From Lama guanicoe (lineage: Eukaryota): a stretch of 64,000 bases of DNA. The stretch lies in the NCBI GenBank assembly GCA_013239625.1, contig MU054204.1, positions 148,879 to 212,878 on the forward strand, written 5' to 3'. The translations under genes and the position numbers were made by a program. Below the pieces are notes generated by a model that made no database searches, had not been told where the DNA came from, and worked only from the letters and a program-made list of their open reading frames with translations. Each line of letters opens with the position of its first letter. The stretch's first letter is position 1. Shown one piece after another: positions 40,603 through 53,339 of the stretch.

Positions 40603-41727
40603 CTATTTCTCCACAGCCTCTCCAGCGTTTGTCATTTGTGGATTTTTGAATGATGGACATTCTGGCTGGTGTGAGGTGATACCTCATTTTAGTTTTGATT
40701 TGCATTTCTCTGATAATTAGTGACATTGAGCATTTTTTCATGTGCCTATTATTTGTATGTCTTCCTTAGAGAATTGCTTGTTTAGGTCTTCTGCCCAATT
40801 TTGGACTGGGTTGTTTGTTTTGTTCTTATTAAGTCATATGAGGTGCTTATATATTCTGGAGATCAAGACTTTGTCAGTTTCATCTTTTGCAAAAAATTTC
40901 TCCCATTCCATAGGTTGTCGTTTTGTTTTGTTTATGGTTTCCTTTGCTGTGCAGAAGCTTGTAAGTTTAATTAGGTCCCATTTGTTTCTTCTTACTTTTA
41001 TTTCTATAGCTTGAGTAGACTGTCCTATGAGAACATTTTTGAGATGTATGTGAGATAATGTTTTGCCTATGTTTTCTTCTAGGAGGTTTATTGTATCTTG
41101 TCTTATGTTTAAGTCTTTGATCCATTTTGAGTTTATTTTTGTGTATGGTGTAAGGGAGTGTTCTAGCTTCATTGATTTACATGCTGCTGTCCAGTTTTCC
41201 CAACACCATTTGCAGAAGAGACTGTTTTTATTCCATTGTAAGTTCTTGCCTCCTTTGTCGAAGATGAGCTGACCAAAAGTTTGTGGGTTCGTTTCTGGGC
41301 CCTCTGTTCTGTTCCATTGGTCCATATGTCTGTTTTTTTATCAATACCATGGTGTCTTGATTACTGTAGTTCTGTAGTATTGTCTGAAGTCTGGGAGAGA
41401 TATTCCTCCGGCCTCGTTCTTTTTCTTCAGTAATGCTTTGGCAATTCTAGGACTTTTGTGATTCCAGAGAATTTTTATTATGATTTGTTCTAGTTCTGTG
41501 AAATATGTCCTGGGTAATTTGATAGGGATTGTATTAAATCTGTAGATTGCCTTGAGCAGTATGACCATTTTAATAATATTGATTCTTCCAATCCAGGAGC
41601 ATGGGATAGCTTTCCATTTTTTTAAGTCTTCTTTAATTTCCTTCATCATTGTTTTATAGTTTTCTGTGTATAATTCTTTCACCTCCTTGGTTAGATTTAT
41701 TCCTAGGTATTTTATTACTTTGAGTGC
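40603..41727 (-). mobile_element. Young L1 internal ORF2 fragment without 3' UTR or poly(A)
   Basis: ORFs 40834-41325 and 41341-41682 are L1 ORF2. Confidence 0.88.
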
Positions 41728-42273
41728 ATATAGTTAACAATATGGTATCGTACACTTAAATTTTTTTTCTTTTTTTTTTACTTAAAAATTTAAGAGGGTA
41801 GATTTCATGTTATGTGATTTTTTTTTACTGCAGTTAAAAATCTTATCTTTAACTGGGCAAAGATTCTGAATCTAGGGTCTATAAGCTTCAGCCCAAACTG
41901 TATATACATGGGGTGATCAGATATAGCTAGATTTCTAGGGGAGAGAGTGCACAGCTGTCACTAGACTCTCAAAAGAGTCCTTAATTCAGAAAGGAGCTAG
42001 AGTCACTGCTATGAGAAAATTGTTTTCAAATTTAAGTTAAAAAAATTTAAAAGTTCAAAGAAGACTGCTATTTCAGTCTCCTCCCTTCCAAAAAGGTAAA
42101 TCTATAGATTTCTCATGAAAAAAAGACTCTTGTGGGGATTTTTTTTTTCATGAGGTGGAAGTAAACAACCAGTTTTTAATTTCTATCTCTCTGTTTCTTC
42201 TGATTGGCCTTTTGCCCACCTCCTCTGTCGGCTCCTTTTTAGATCTGTGTGATCCTTCTTAACTTTTACTGTA

Positions 42274-42428
42274 TTATTTTGGGGGGGAGGGTAATTATGT
42301 ATGTATGTATGTATGTATGTATGTATGTATGTATGTATGTATTTATCTTTAATGGAGGTTCTTGGGATTGAACCCAGGACCTTGTGCATGCTAGGCATGC
42401 ACTTTACCACTGAGCTATACCTTCCCCC
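42274..42428 (-). mobile_element. tRNA-Ala-derived SINE with (ATGT)n microsatellite in its tail
   Basis: Reverse consensus. Confidence 0.88.
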
Positions 42429-43632
42429 TACTTCTTGACTTGTAAATACTAGCATAATATTTAAAATATTAGTATAATCCAAGAGTCCATCTAAATCTCC
42501 CCTTTCTTATCATTCTGATATCCCTTTGTGAGATTATCCACTCCGAATGGCTTCGACTATAATCCAAATGGTTATCATCGGTCACCATTCCCCTCTTGAT
42601 ACGCAGTTTCCTATTTCTGCCTGCCTACTGGGCCTTCCACCTTTTCACCCACAGGCAGCTTAACACATTTTAGAGTGAATTCATTATCTGTCCTTTGCCC
42701 CCCTCCACAGAAATACACCCCTGGATCCTTCTCCATTTATTTTATTTTCACATGGTTCATCTCCATCATCAAAGCTCTGTTTGCACATACACTATGTTGA
42801 GCTGCTTGCTAAGAAGTAGTGACAGAACTTGCAAACTATACAGGAACTTAAATAAAGTAGCTCAATCTTTTCAGTTGCCAGAGAGGGGGAAGGATCTGCT
42901 TAATATCACACAGCAATTTAATGGCCAAACCAGCTTAAAATCCAGACATCTCAAGTTCTACCCAATAACCTTTCTACTACATAATCACTCTCCCATTAAC
43001 TCTATTTCCAGGGAAGAATGAGATCCCTGCCACTAACTGTGACTCTTATCAGTAAAGAAGCAAGATTATTTAGCCATCCAATGTTCAAAATGGCTACTTG
43101 TGTGCTGCTTGCACCAGGGGCTAGGTAATTTATATTCTTTTGCTGGAATGATGAAAAGGATAAACTGAAGAGTCCAACAAGACATCAGTGTGGAGTAATT
43201 CTTGGGATGAAAATAGACTGGTTAAAGGCCAGTTCTGTGCTTGCTTGCATAATAAGGTGGTAAGGATTTTTACTTTTTCCTTACAAAAGTGTTTTCATAT
43301 GTATTATTTCAGTTTTGTCTTCAACAGGCCTGGGAGGTAGGTAGGTCAGGGCTTCTTAGCTGAAGTTTACAAATGAAAAATACGAGACTGAAAACAATTC
43401 AGTGATTTGGCCAAGGTCACCTACCTAGTCAGTGACAAGGCCAAGGCTCACATGTGTGTCTCCCATTTCCCAATCTCTTTCCTCTAGTCTAGACACATAA
43501 TTCTAGTACAACCCTGAGTGATGACTACATTTGCTGTGAACTGAACTTTATAGATTTCAATATGCTGAACCTGAAAACAAGCTAAGTTCCACCAAGTGAC
43601 AATCCTGGAGATAGGAGTCTTATCCCAAAAAG

Positions 43633-43663
<31 letters not shown>

Positions 43664-44277
43664 GCCCAGTTTCAAGGTGGAACAGAGCAAATGGGTGTTA
43701 TATCATTGTCGACACTTAGTCAAGCATTAACAGGCTGAGATGCCACTTTCTCAAATTTTCTGCTTTCTAGTAGGAGGAATGCAAACTAAGAAAAAAAAAG
43801 GTGATCAAGAAGATTTTTACGGGTCTAAAAGTCTAAAGGATTGAACGTGATTCCCCATGTGAATCAGCTCTAAGGATTTTTAAAAAGCAGGCTGTAAACC
43901 ACCCAAACTGGAGTTTTATTAAAGAAAAGTCAGGTCCTCATCTTTTAATGCAGACCGTCCAGGAGGTCACAAGAAGAAAGGATTGGGGGAGGAAGGGAAG
44001 CCTGTGGGAGAAGTTTCAGTGGCCTACTGGGGCACATGCAGGCTGAAGTGTGTTGCTTGCAGAGGCTGTGACAATTGAGGAAATGGAGGCAAGGAGTGAC
44101 AACTTTGACTGCAGAAAGCTGACTGTGGAAGTAAGGGTGCCATGGTGTGTGTTCCTTGGTGAGGAAGATGAAACTGCACCAGAAGGCAAGAGAGAGTGGG
44201 AAGGTCCTGTTGAGTCATAAATGAGTTGTCAAAACTTTCCCTGCTAGTGTGGGGCTCTTTTAAAATTCCCTGCTTGC

Positions 44278-44956
44278 AAAAAACTAAAAATAGACTTACC
44301 ATATGATCCAGAAATCCCACTTCTTGGCATATACCTGGAGGAAGGTCTAATTTGAAAAGATACATGCACCCCAATGTTCATAGCAGCACTATATATACAA
44401 TAGTCAGAACATGGAAGCAACCTAAATGTCCATTGACAGATGACTGGATAAAGAAGCTGTGGTATATTTATACAATGGAATACTACTCAGCTATAAAAAG
44501 AATAAAATAATGCCAGTTGCAGCAACATGGATGGACCTGGAGATTGTCATTCTAAGTAAAGTAAGCCAGAAAGAGAAAGAAAAATAGCATATGACATCAT
44601 GCATATGTGGAATCTAAAAAAAAAAAAGGAAGAAAAAAGAGGACCCTATGAACTCATCTGCAAAACAGAAACAGACTTGCAGACATAGTAAACAATCTTA
44701 TGATTACCAGGGGAAAGGAGGTGGGAAGGGATAAGTTTGGGAGTTTGAGATTTGCAAATGATAACCACTACATATATAAATAGATTTAAAAAGTTTCTTC
44801 TGTATAGCACAGGGAACTATATTCAATATCTTGTAATAACCTTTAATAAAAAAGAACATGAAAACAAACTTATGTATATATATGCATGACTGGGACATTA
44901 TGCTGTGCACCAGAAATTGATACATTGTAACTGACTATACTTCAATAAAAAAAAAA
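44278..44956 (+). mobile_element. L1 3' fragment
   Basis: ORF2 end plus 3' UTR plus poly(A). Confidence 0.88.
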
Positions 44957-46173
44957 CCTCACTGCCAGCATGTGGCTCCAGAGACAACATCTCAGAGGAG
45001 TGGTAACCATGTCCAGGTCAAGACTGAGAAATCAGCCTCAGATTTCATAACAATTTCACTTTTGGAGACGATGACTGTGGGTATTTGTTTGGTCTGTTCC
45101 AAAGCCCAGCTCAGACACTATAGCCTCAAGCAGGAACAGATAAGCAAAGATGTTCTGGCCCCTGTTTAAAAGCCAGTTCTTCCAAAAGGCGCAACATTGC
45201 TAATTGGCCAGCTTATCAATGGATGCTCTTTCCTGTAGGTTTGTTTAGGAGTGAAAACAATACTGTTAGTCATAAAGTTTGCTGATTCCTGGCTTGGCCA
45301 TCTCCATGGGGCAAGTGCAAGGCCGTGCCAGGAACTCCAGATGATTGGAACATAGACAAGCACAGTGCTACCCATAGACTCCAGCGCTGAGCCAGGGTGC
45401 GGCTGAGCCTGGGCAGGGGGCATCCTCAAAGTGCTTCTTTATTTAAACTATGCTCTGGGGCAATGTTTCATAATGACCCCACACACCTAGCTCGTACACA
45501 CAGAGCCTCCTACACACACAGCCCCACTGTGTTAGCTGGCCTGCTCGCTTTACTTTCCATCCCTCTAGGCAAGGTCCACAAATTCCCCGGGACTTTCAGA
45601 AGAAAAAGGCAGTCAGAGAAACAGGAACGCGCTAATCGGGAAACCAGCATTTCAGCCCACTCGGCCACGCGGGCCATCCACACTAACGACTTTCACCTCC
45701 CCTCGCCTCGGCTGGCTGGAGGGGCGGGGAACCCGGCAGTAAGGAGGAGGACCAAAGTCGGGCGCGGGGGGTGCTGCTTGAATGAAACAATGTAACAATT
45801 GATGTGAAGCCTCGCCTTGCTCCCACTTCCCAGGGATCCTATAGGCGAGTTCCAGGGACTGCCCCTCCCCATTGCTCCGTTCTCTTGTCCATTACGTGCT
45901 ATCCCTCCGCCTCTCCTTCTTTTTTTCTTTTCTTTTCTTTTTTTTTTCCTCCTTCTCCTCTCCTCCCCTCCCTCTCTCCCCCTCTCTCCGGCTCCGTGTC
46001 ATTTCCTCCTTGCGCTCGCTCGCGGCCCGAGCTTCTCCAGCCAGGAGAGTAGGCGGAGCAGGGCGGTGCGGGGTGGCGTAGCGCTGGAGGGCGATGGTGG
46101 CGGAGCCGCTGGGGGCGGAGGCAACGTAGCCCCCGCGGAAAAGGAGCCCCGCGGCGCCTGAGCCGAGCGGAGG

Positions 46174-46290
46174 ATGGAGAACCGGCCTGGGTCCTTCCAG
46201 TACGTCCCGGTGCAGCTGCAAGGAGGAGCGCCCTGGGGCTTCACCCTGAAGGGAGGTCTGGAACACTGCGAACCGCTCACAGTGTCTAAG
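46174..46290 (+). CDS. SHROOM4: SHROOM4 first coding exon (copy 1), 39 codons, N-terminal PDZ segment
   Basis: ATG in strong Kozak context (AGGATGG), in-frame TGA 15 nt upstream, translation [39 protein letters not shown] recognised as the SHROOM4 N-terminus with the PDZ WGF loop, phase-0 donor AAG|GTAAGA, CpG island. Confidence 0.93.
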
Positions 46291-47513
46291 GTAAGAACCG
46301 GCGGCTGGGTCCCAGCGGTGCACAACTTTGAATGAGCGAGCAGCGGGTGCGTAGGCTGCCGCGGGACGCGGCCCTCAGAGCAACTTTGAAACTTGGCCCG
46401 GGCTGCGAATGAAGGCCCCCCCGGGAAGTATGAGCGTCTGCGAGGGGTCTGGCCATCGGCCCCGACGCAGACACCCCTTCAGGGTGGCGGGAGCGCGGGA
46501 TGAGAGCGCGGCGGGCCCGAGGCTAGAGCCCGGCGCGCAGACATCCTCGGGAGGGCTCGGGGGCCGCTTTTGCTCCCCCACGTCGGGGCGGCTGCTCCCC
46601 TCCGTTGGAGCTGGAGGCAGTGGTGGCCGCTGGGGGTTTCTCCTTGGCTGTTCCTGCGCCCCTGCGGGCAGCGAGGGGCTGAAGGGACAGGCCGGACGGT
46701 TTGGCAGCTTTCTTCGCGGCGTTGACCCCTTCATCGCCTGGCAGGCCGTCCTGCTGGGGCAGGTTGCAGGGCGAGGGTCCGGTGTGGGAACGGAGATGAG
46801 GCATCGGTGGCTTTCGTCAGCCTCACTTCCCACGGCCGGACGCGCGCACATCCATTCAGCCTACGGGGCGTTGCTGCGGCCGCTGGGGCTCGGCCTTTCC
46901 CTCCCGCCGGAGTCCTGCCCCAGCGCCGGCGAGATTTCCTGCACGTTGAGGAGCTTGGAGGAAACTTTTGCGCCATGGATCGCAGCTGTGCTGGAGCTGC
47001 CGCCGCCGCCGCCGCCAGGGTTTGTTTGTTTTAGGAGGCTGTGGTCTGCTGGAAGCCAAGTTGCAGCTGAGGACAGGGGAGAGGCGCTCTCCCGAGCGCT
47101 CCAGAACCCCCTCCTCCCCAAGTGAGCCATCCCCTCGGTAGGGGTGAGGGTAGGGGGGTGGGGGCCGCTGGGGCTGTAACTAGGAACAGAGATTTGCAGG
47201 ACGACTCACCTGGAGGCGCCAGATGGCCGGGGGAGCGAACTTCACAAACTTTATCCCGGTTTTTGACTTTTCTTTTCTTTTTTTTTTCCTCCTTCTCCTC
47301 TCCTCCCCTCCCTCTCTCCCCCTCTCTCCGGCTCCGTGTCATTTCCTCCTTGCGCTCGCTCGCGGCCCGAGCTTCTCCAGCCAGGAGAGTAGGCGGAGCA
47401 GGGCGGTGCGGGGTGGCGTAGCGCTGGAGGGCGATGGTGGCGGAGCCGCTGGGGGCGGAGGCAACGTAGCCCCCGCGGAAAAGGAGCCCCGCGGCGCCTG
47501 AGCCGAGCGGAGG

Positions 47514-47630
47514 ATGGAGAACCGGCCTGGGTCCTTCCAGTACGTCCCGGTGCAGCTGCAAGGAGGAGCGCCCTGGGGCTTCACCCTGAAGGGAGGTCTG
47601 GAACACTGCGAACCGCTCACAGTGTCTAAG
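47514..47630 (+). CDS. SHROOM4: SHROOM4 first coding exon (copy 2, identical duplicate)
   Basis: Same sequence as 46174-46290 shifted by 1340 bp, with the same ATG and GT donor; may be an assembly duplicate. Confidence 0.75.
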
Positions 47631-50499
47631 GTAAGAACCGGCGGCTGGGTCCCAGCGGTGCACAACTTTGAATGAGCGAGCAGCGGGTGCGTAGGCTGCC
47701 GCGGGACGCGGCCCTCAGAGCAACTTTGAAACTTGGCCCGGGCTGCGAATGAAGGCCCCCCCGGGAAGTATGAGCGTCTGCGAGGGGTCTGGCCATCGGC
47801 CCCGACGCAGACACCCCTTCAGGGTGGCGGGAGCGCGGGATGAGAGCGCGGCGGGCCCGAGGCTAGAGCCCGGCGCGCAGACATCCTCGGGAGGGCTCGG
47901 GGGCCGCTTTTGCTCCCCCACGTCGGGGCGGCTGCTCCCCTCCGTTGGAGCTGGAGGCAGTGGTGGCCGCTGGGGGTTTCTCCTTGGCTGTTCCTGCGCC
48001 CCTGCGGGCAGCGAGGGGCTGAAGGGACAGGCCGGACGGTTTGGCAGCTTTCTTCGCGGCGTTGACCCCTTCATCGCCTGGCAGGCCGTCCTGCTGGGGC
48101 AGGTTGCAGGGCGAGGGTCCGGTGTGGGAACGGAGATGAGGCATCGGTGGCTTTCGTCAGCCTCACTTCCCACGGCCGGACGCGCGCACATCCATTCAGC
48201 CTACGGGGCGTTGCTGCGGCCGCTGGGGCTCGGCCTTTCCCTCCCGCCGGAGTCCTGCCCCAGCGCCGGCGAGATTTCCTGCACGTTGAGGAGCTTGGAG
48301 GAAACTTTTGCGCCATGGATCGCAGCTGTGCTGGAGCTGCCGCCGCCGCCGCCGCCAGGGTTTGTTTGTTTTAGGAGGCTGTGGTCTGCTGGAAGCCAAG
48401 TTGCAGCTGAGGACAGGGGAGAGGCGCTCTCCCGAGCGCTCCAGAACCCCCTCCTCCCCAAGTGAGCCATCCCCTCGGTAGGGGTGAGGGTAGGGGGGTG
48501 GGGGCCGCTGGGGCTGTAACTAGGAACAGAGATTTGCAGGACGACTCACCTGGAGGCGCCAGATGGCCGGGGGAGCGAACTTCACAAACTTTATCCCGGT
48601 TTTTGTTGTTTCTCGGAAATGCTCAAATCTTAAAAGCCCTTCCCTTTCTAACCCTCTCAGATGGCCATTGAGGTGGAAGATGTGGCTTTGGGCTGGAGAT
48701 AGAAAGATGTAGTTTCTCAGCGGGGGAGCAAATGTCACTTTTACTGTTTTGGCTTTGGAACGGAGGTCACATCTCAGCAGGGGGCGGTAAATGCCCCCCG
48801 CCACACCCCCGCAGTAACCAGTGCCCCTTTCTCCTGGCATCGTAGCTACTGGTTGTCTTGTATGTAGGGGGTCATGGGGGCCTTGGGGCCCAAACTCTTA
48901 GCAACTTGGGGGTGTCGCCATGGGGTGTACCAATTGGCTTGAGCACTCTAGTTCTGCTGAGGCAAAACTTTGAGGGGCTGTCAGGGAAACCTGGGCTCTT
49001 TAGCTTCCTGAAACACCAATAACCAGCCCAGATCTTCACCCAGCACCCCCTTTCCCCATACTAGTCATGTATTTCTCACCAGCCTGGGATGCCTTTGTCA
49101 CCCACTGTCACGCCACCCCCCCACACCCAAGGCATCCTATGTCTCCCTCCAGTAATAACTTTTTCTTAACATTATTTAAAGGAGGGAGGGAGTAATAACC
49201 TTTTTAAAATTTATTTTTAAACAGAAACACTCTCAAACATCCCCTCCGAGGAGGGAAATCCTGGCCTTCAGGAATTTGTTCTAAACAAACTCCCCCTCCT
49301 CCCCCCTCCCCCTTTCCACCAAGGTCAGAACTGTCTAGGCAGTCCTCCACGGTCTGACAGTTCCTCCCTTTTTCTCCTGACACCAGCCACAGACTTTCCA
49401 GTCTGTCCAGACAACCTGCCTTGGAGAGGTCATGTTTCACCTCTGCCCAGGGCTGACCCTTCTGGAGAGGCACTCCAGGGAGTGGTGGCTGCTGTGGTCC
49501 CTGATTGTTTTGTGAGCCAGCACGAGCATGGCAGGGGGTGTTACTAAGTATGGGGCAGCCGACAATTTGTGGTCTGGCGGGGGGATGATTTGAGGGTAGA
49601 TGAGGGTTTCCTTGGCCAAGCTGTTGAGGAAGTGACTCGTGTGTTGAGAGGCAGGGTGCCTTTTAATGATTCCCTTTCTGCTGAATGTACAGTTGACCCC
49701 TATTACAGGAAAGCTCATTATTACACACATTTGGGTATACAGGGGGTAAAATCATTTCTCCCATCTCTCCCGGATAGCTTGTTTCCTTACAGTAAAAGCC
49801 AGCTATGTATAACCTGGTTATCCCAACATTATATAAAGGAGCCATGATATTTTTTAAAAAGTGCAATGGTTGCCTGTATTTTTTTAAATCTTGCCAAGAC
49901 ACTCTGTGGCATAGTTCATTAATCCTCTTTAAACTTTTCTACCTTAGTTTTGTTTCCCCTGTGCTTCAGAACAATACAGCTTTCTTCTTGAAAAGATCCT
50001 CAGTCTGCACACATTGGTGGGAAAGGAATGGAAGAGTGTAGAAAGAGAATTGTATTGGCAAATCGAAAACTCGGGTTCTAATCCTTGCTCGGCCACTCAC
50101 TAGCCATGGAATCCTGGGTACATCACTTGCCCTCCCTGGACTTAGGTGTCCCTATGTCTACTATGAGGTTCAAGTCTTTAAATAAGACTAGGATGGTCTA
50201 GTAGCCAATCCGTTATGCTACCTCTGGCCCTTTTCTGCTTAGAAGGGTTTCAGACTGAGGAAGATGATCCTTTGTTATATTTTCATACAGTGTTACAGTT
50301 CATAATGTGTTTCCACATCCCTAATTTAGTTAGCGTCTTACAGCCACCCTGTGAGACAGTCAGGGAAGGTTGTAAAGAAACTGATGGAAACATTGAAGCC
50401 ATGGTGCATTTAGTGGCTGGTCTGTTATCTGGTGAGTCAGTAGTAGGCTTCAAGTCTATCATATTTTCTACTACTTGGGGAGTTTCTTTTCAAGTTGTT

Positions 50500-51330
50500 A
50501 TTATTTTTTAATTTAAATATAGTTGATTTACAATATTATGTTAGTTTTAGGTGTATGGCATAGTGATTTTTTTTGCAGATTATATTCCATTATAGGCTAT
50601 TACAAGATATTGGGTATAGTTCCCTGTATTATACAGTAAATCTTTGTTGCTTATCTATTTTATGTACAGTAGTTTGTTAATCTGTTAATCCCATACTCCT
50701 AATTTGTCCCTCTCCCCTTTAGTAACCATAAGTTTGTTTTCTGTCTGTGAGTCTGTTTCTATTTTGTCTATAGATTCATTTGTATCATTTTTTACATTCC
50801 ACATATAAGTGATATTATATAGTATTTGTTTTTCTCTGTCTGACTTATTTCACTAAGCATAATACTTGCTAGGTCCATCCGTCTTGCTGCAAATGGCAAT
50901 AATTCAGCCTTTTTATGGCTTAGTAATGTTCCATTGTGTATATATGTATATATGTGTGGGTATAATATATATATATATAATTTTATTATATATATATAAT
51001 TTTATATATATATAAAATCTCCCCACATCTTAAGCCAGTCATCTGTTGATGGGAAGTTGGGTTGTTTCCATGTCTAGCCTGTTGTAAATAGTGCTGCTAT
51101 GAACACTGGGGTGCATGTATCTTTTGAAATCAGAGTTTTTGAAAAGAATCTATAGGCAAAATAGAAACAGATACATCCAGATATATGCCCAGGAGTGGAA
51201 CTGCTGGGTCATATGGTAGTTCTATTTTTAGTTTTTTAAGGAACCTCCATATTATTTTCCATAGTGGTTGCACTAATTTACATTCCCACTAACCGTATGT
51301 GAGGGTTCCCTTTTTTCCCCGCATACTCTA
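50500..51330 (-). mobile_element. Intronic antisense L1 3' fragment
   Basis: L1 3' UTR; flanking repeat TTGG(G/A)GAGTTTCTT. Confidence 0.85.
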
Positions 51331-53339
51331 ATTGGAGAGTTTCTTGATTCTTCTGGTAGTACTGCACTTTGTGAAGGGGCATGGGGAAATACTGTTCAGG
51401 CATGTACCCAATCTTGGCAGCCTCCCTCCCCAGTGATGCTCTGCATGCCAGCCTGTGGTTCCACAGTAGATTAGGACTGGGTTGCAGATACTCCCTGGTG
51501 GAGTCTCGGCTCAGGGAGAAGGAGAAGACTGTTTTGGTGACTCCAAATCACTTGTGACGATCTTAGGTCAGGCAGAGACAGAGGTAAGGTACCAGAACCA
51601 TGGTGAGAAATATGGGAGAACCTCCTTTGGTGTCATGGGAAAAAAAACAAAAGCTATTTGGGTCTGGTGTGGCATACATGCTGGGAGAGAGCTTGTGAAA
51701 CAGGTGAAGACATCTTGGGAGTGGAAGAATTTGAGAAAAGATGATGAATGGGAAAAGAGTGCCTAGAATGTGGAAGCCTACCTCATATTTGTTATGGGGG
51801 AACCTTGGGACCAGGTAATGATCAGAGAGAGATGCTAAGCTGTAGCGTAGGTTCCTATCCTCACTTTGAGGTCTTGGGAATGTGCCCTGAGGGTGGAGAA
51901 GAGAAAGTTTGGAGATCAGTGTGGGGATGCAGGAGAAGGAGGAAAATTGGGGAGGAGGATAAGACATGGCAGAAACAGATTCAACCTCCATATTTGCCCT
52001 TTTCTGGCCCATTTTTGGTGGCAGTCTCTATCTGGCACAGTGAAGAAAGTGGGTGCTAGTTACTGCCCTGGAGCAAAGCTTCCCCTCCTCCACTTACTGT
52101 GCACTGATGTTGCTATATTATTTTACCCTCTTTAGACCCAAAATTATATTTGCCAAGTGGGAGTATTCAGTATCTGCCCCATCTTTATTATTATGGATGA
52201 TGTGAGAATGAATCAGGCAAACCCAGATACTGTTTCCCATCTGTCTTTAGCCTAGGAAACCAGCAGTGCATGCTTTGTAAGTTGTTGTTCACCCCTCCCC
52301 CACCCCACTGTGACCCCTGGTTCTAGAGTAAGCCCCCAAAGAGGCAGTTGTGGTTTCAAGAGGACTCGGGGAAAGTCAGATTGAGGCTGTCCCATGGCCA
52401 ACAGTAAATTTGGCTGCAACTTTGAGTTCTTGTTGGGGATGCAGATGTAGTGTTACAAGACAAAGGATAGTTCTGTGAAACCTTCTTAGTTTTGTTTCAG
52501 GCCAGGCCCATCTCCCAGACCAGGGCTTGGCATTCCCAAAGGGATCTTCCCGGGTGGGCTTCTTGGGGACTTAGCCCAGCCTGGTGACTTCCATGAATCC
52601 CCTCCTCATCTCTGCTTCTAGAATCTGAAAAGATGTCTATTGCCTCAGTTCGCCCACTGCTAGTCTCTCTCAGAAAGTAGAAGGCATCATGTGGGGACTT
52701 GGGGTAGGAGTCTGTGCAGAGAGATACAAAGAAGGTTGGAGGGAGGTAGTAAAGCTAGAAGGGCCGGTGCTATGTCTGGTAAGCCTTGGCTGGGCTTCGG
52801 GTACACACCATTCTTGGGCCTTCAGGGCTATCCTAATACACCTGGTAACCTATGGCAATCCACACATGTGCTCCCTCCAGTGAAAAAAAAACCAAGCCTG
52901 TTGGAGGCTTTTCCCTCTCCAAAACCTCAAAGATAATAATTCAACTCCAGCTGGAAGACACTTTGAACATTGTCCCTTAAACAAAATGCAAATGGTTTTG
53001 CCCCTTGCTCTCCCCAACCTCACAGGACTTTGTTTTTTAAGAGAGAAGAGAGACTCTGACTTGAGGTTGGTATTCATGGAGTGCTGCTTATCTGGAGGGA
53101 ACATCACGGTTTTGATAGTTAGTCTCCTTCAGAACCAGGGGCAAAAAGATGCTGACCCATCTGAGAAAAGTTAATGAAGAACAGCAGAGATTAAGTGAAG
53201 GGCTGCTCTCACTACCGAGCCCCCACCTCTCTCCAAAGGGCAAACACAACTCAGGGCTGCTAACCTAATGTTGTCCTTGGAGGAGGCTGCAATCACAGAT
53301 TCACAAAGTGAGGAGGACCTTATGGAAGTCACCTGGTCT

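Larger units (their letters stand above)
45927..48605 (+). repeat. Tandem duplication, 2 x 1339 bp separated by one A at 47266
   Basis: 45927-47265 matches 47267-48605 with no difference seen; ORF track shows identical proteins offset by 1340. Confidence 0.97.
45600..48850. promoter_or_regulatory. CpG island / SHROOM4 promoter region
   Basis: Abrupt rise in GC and CpG content; GC box GGGGCGGGG at 45721-45729; pyrimidine tract at ~45910-45990 upstream of exon 1. Confidence 0.88.

Noticed and set aside
46409..47125. 238-aa ORF and other overlapping ORFs in the CpG island (and their duplicates)
   Set aside because: They lie in intron 1, have no recognisable domain, and long ORFs are expected in GC-rich, stop-poor sequence
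49151..49205. Short direct repeat AGTAATAAC(C)TTTTT
   Set aside because: Too short and low-complexity to interpret
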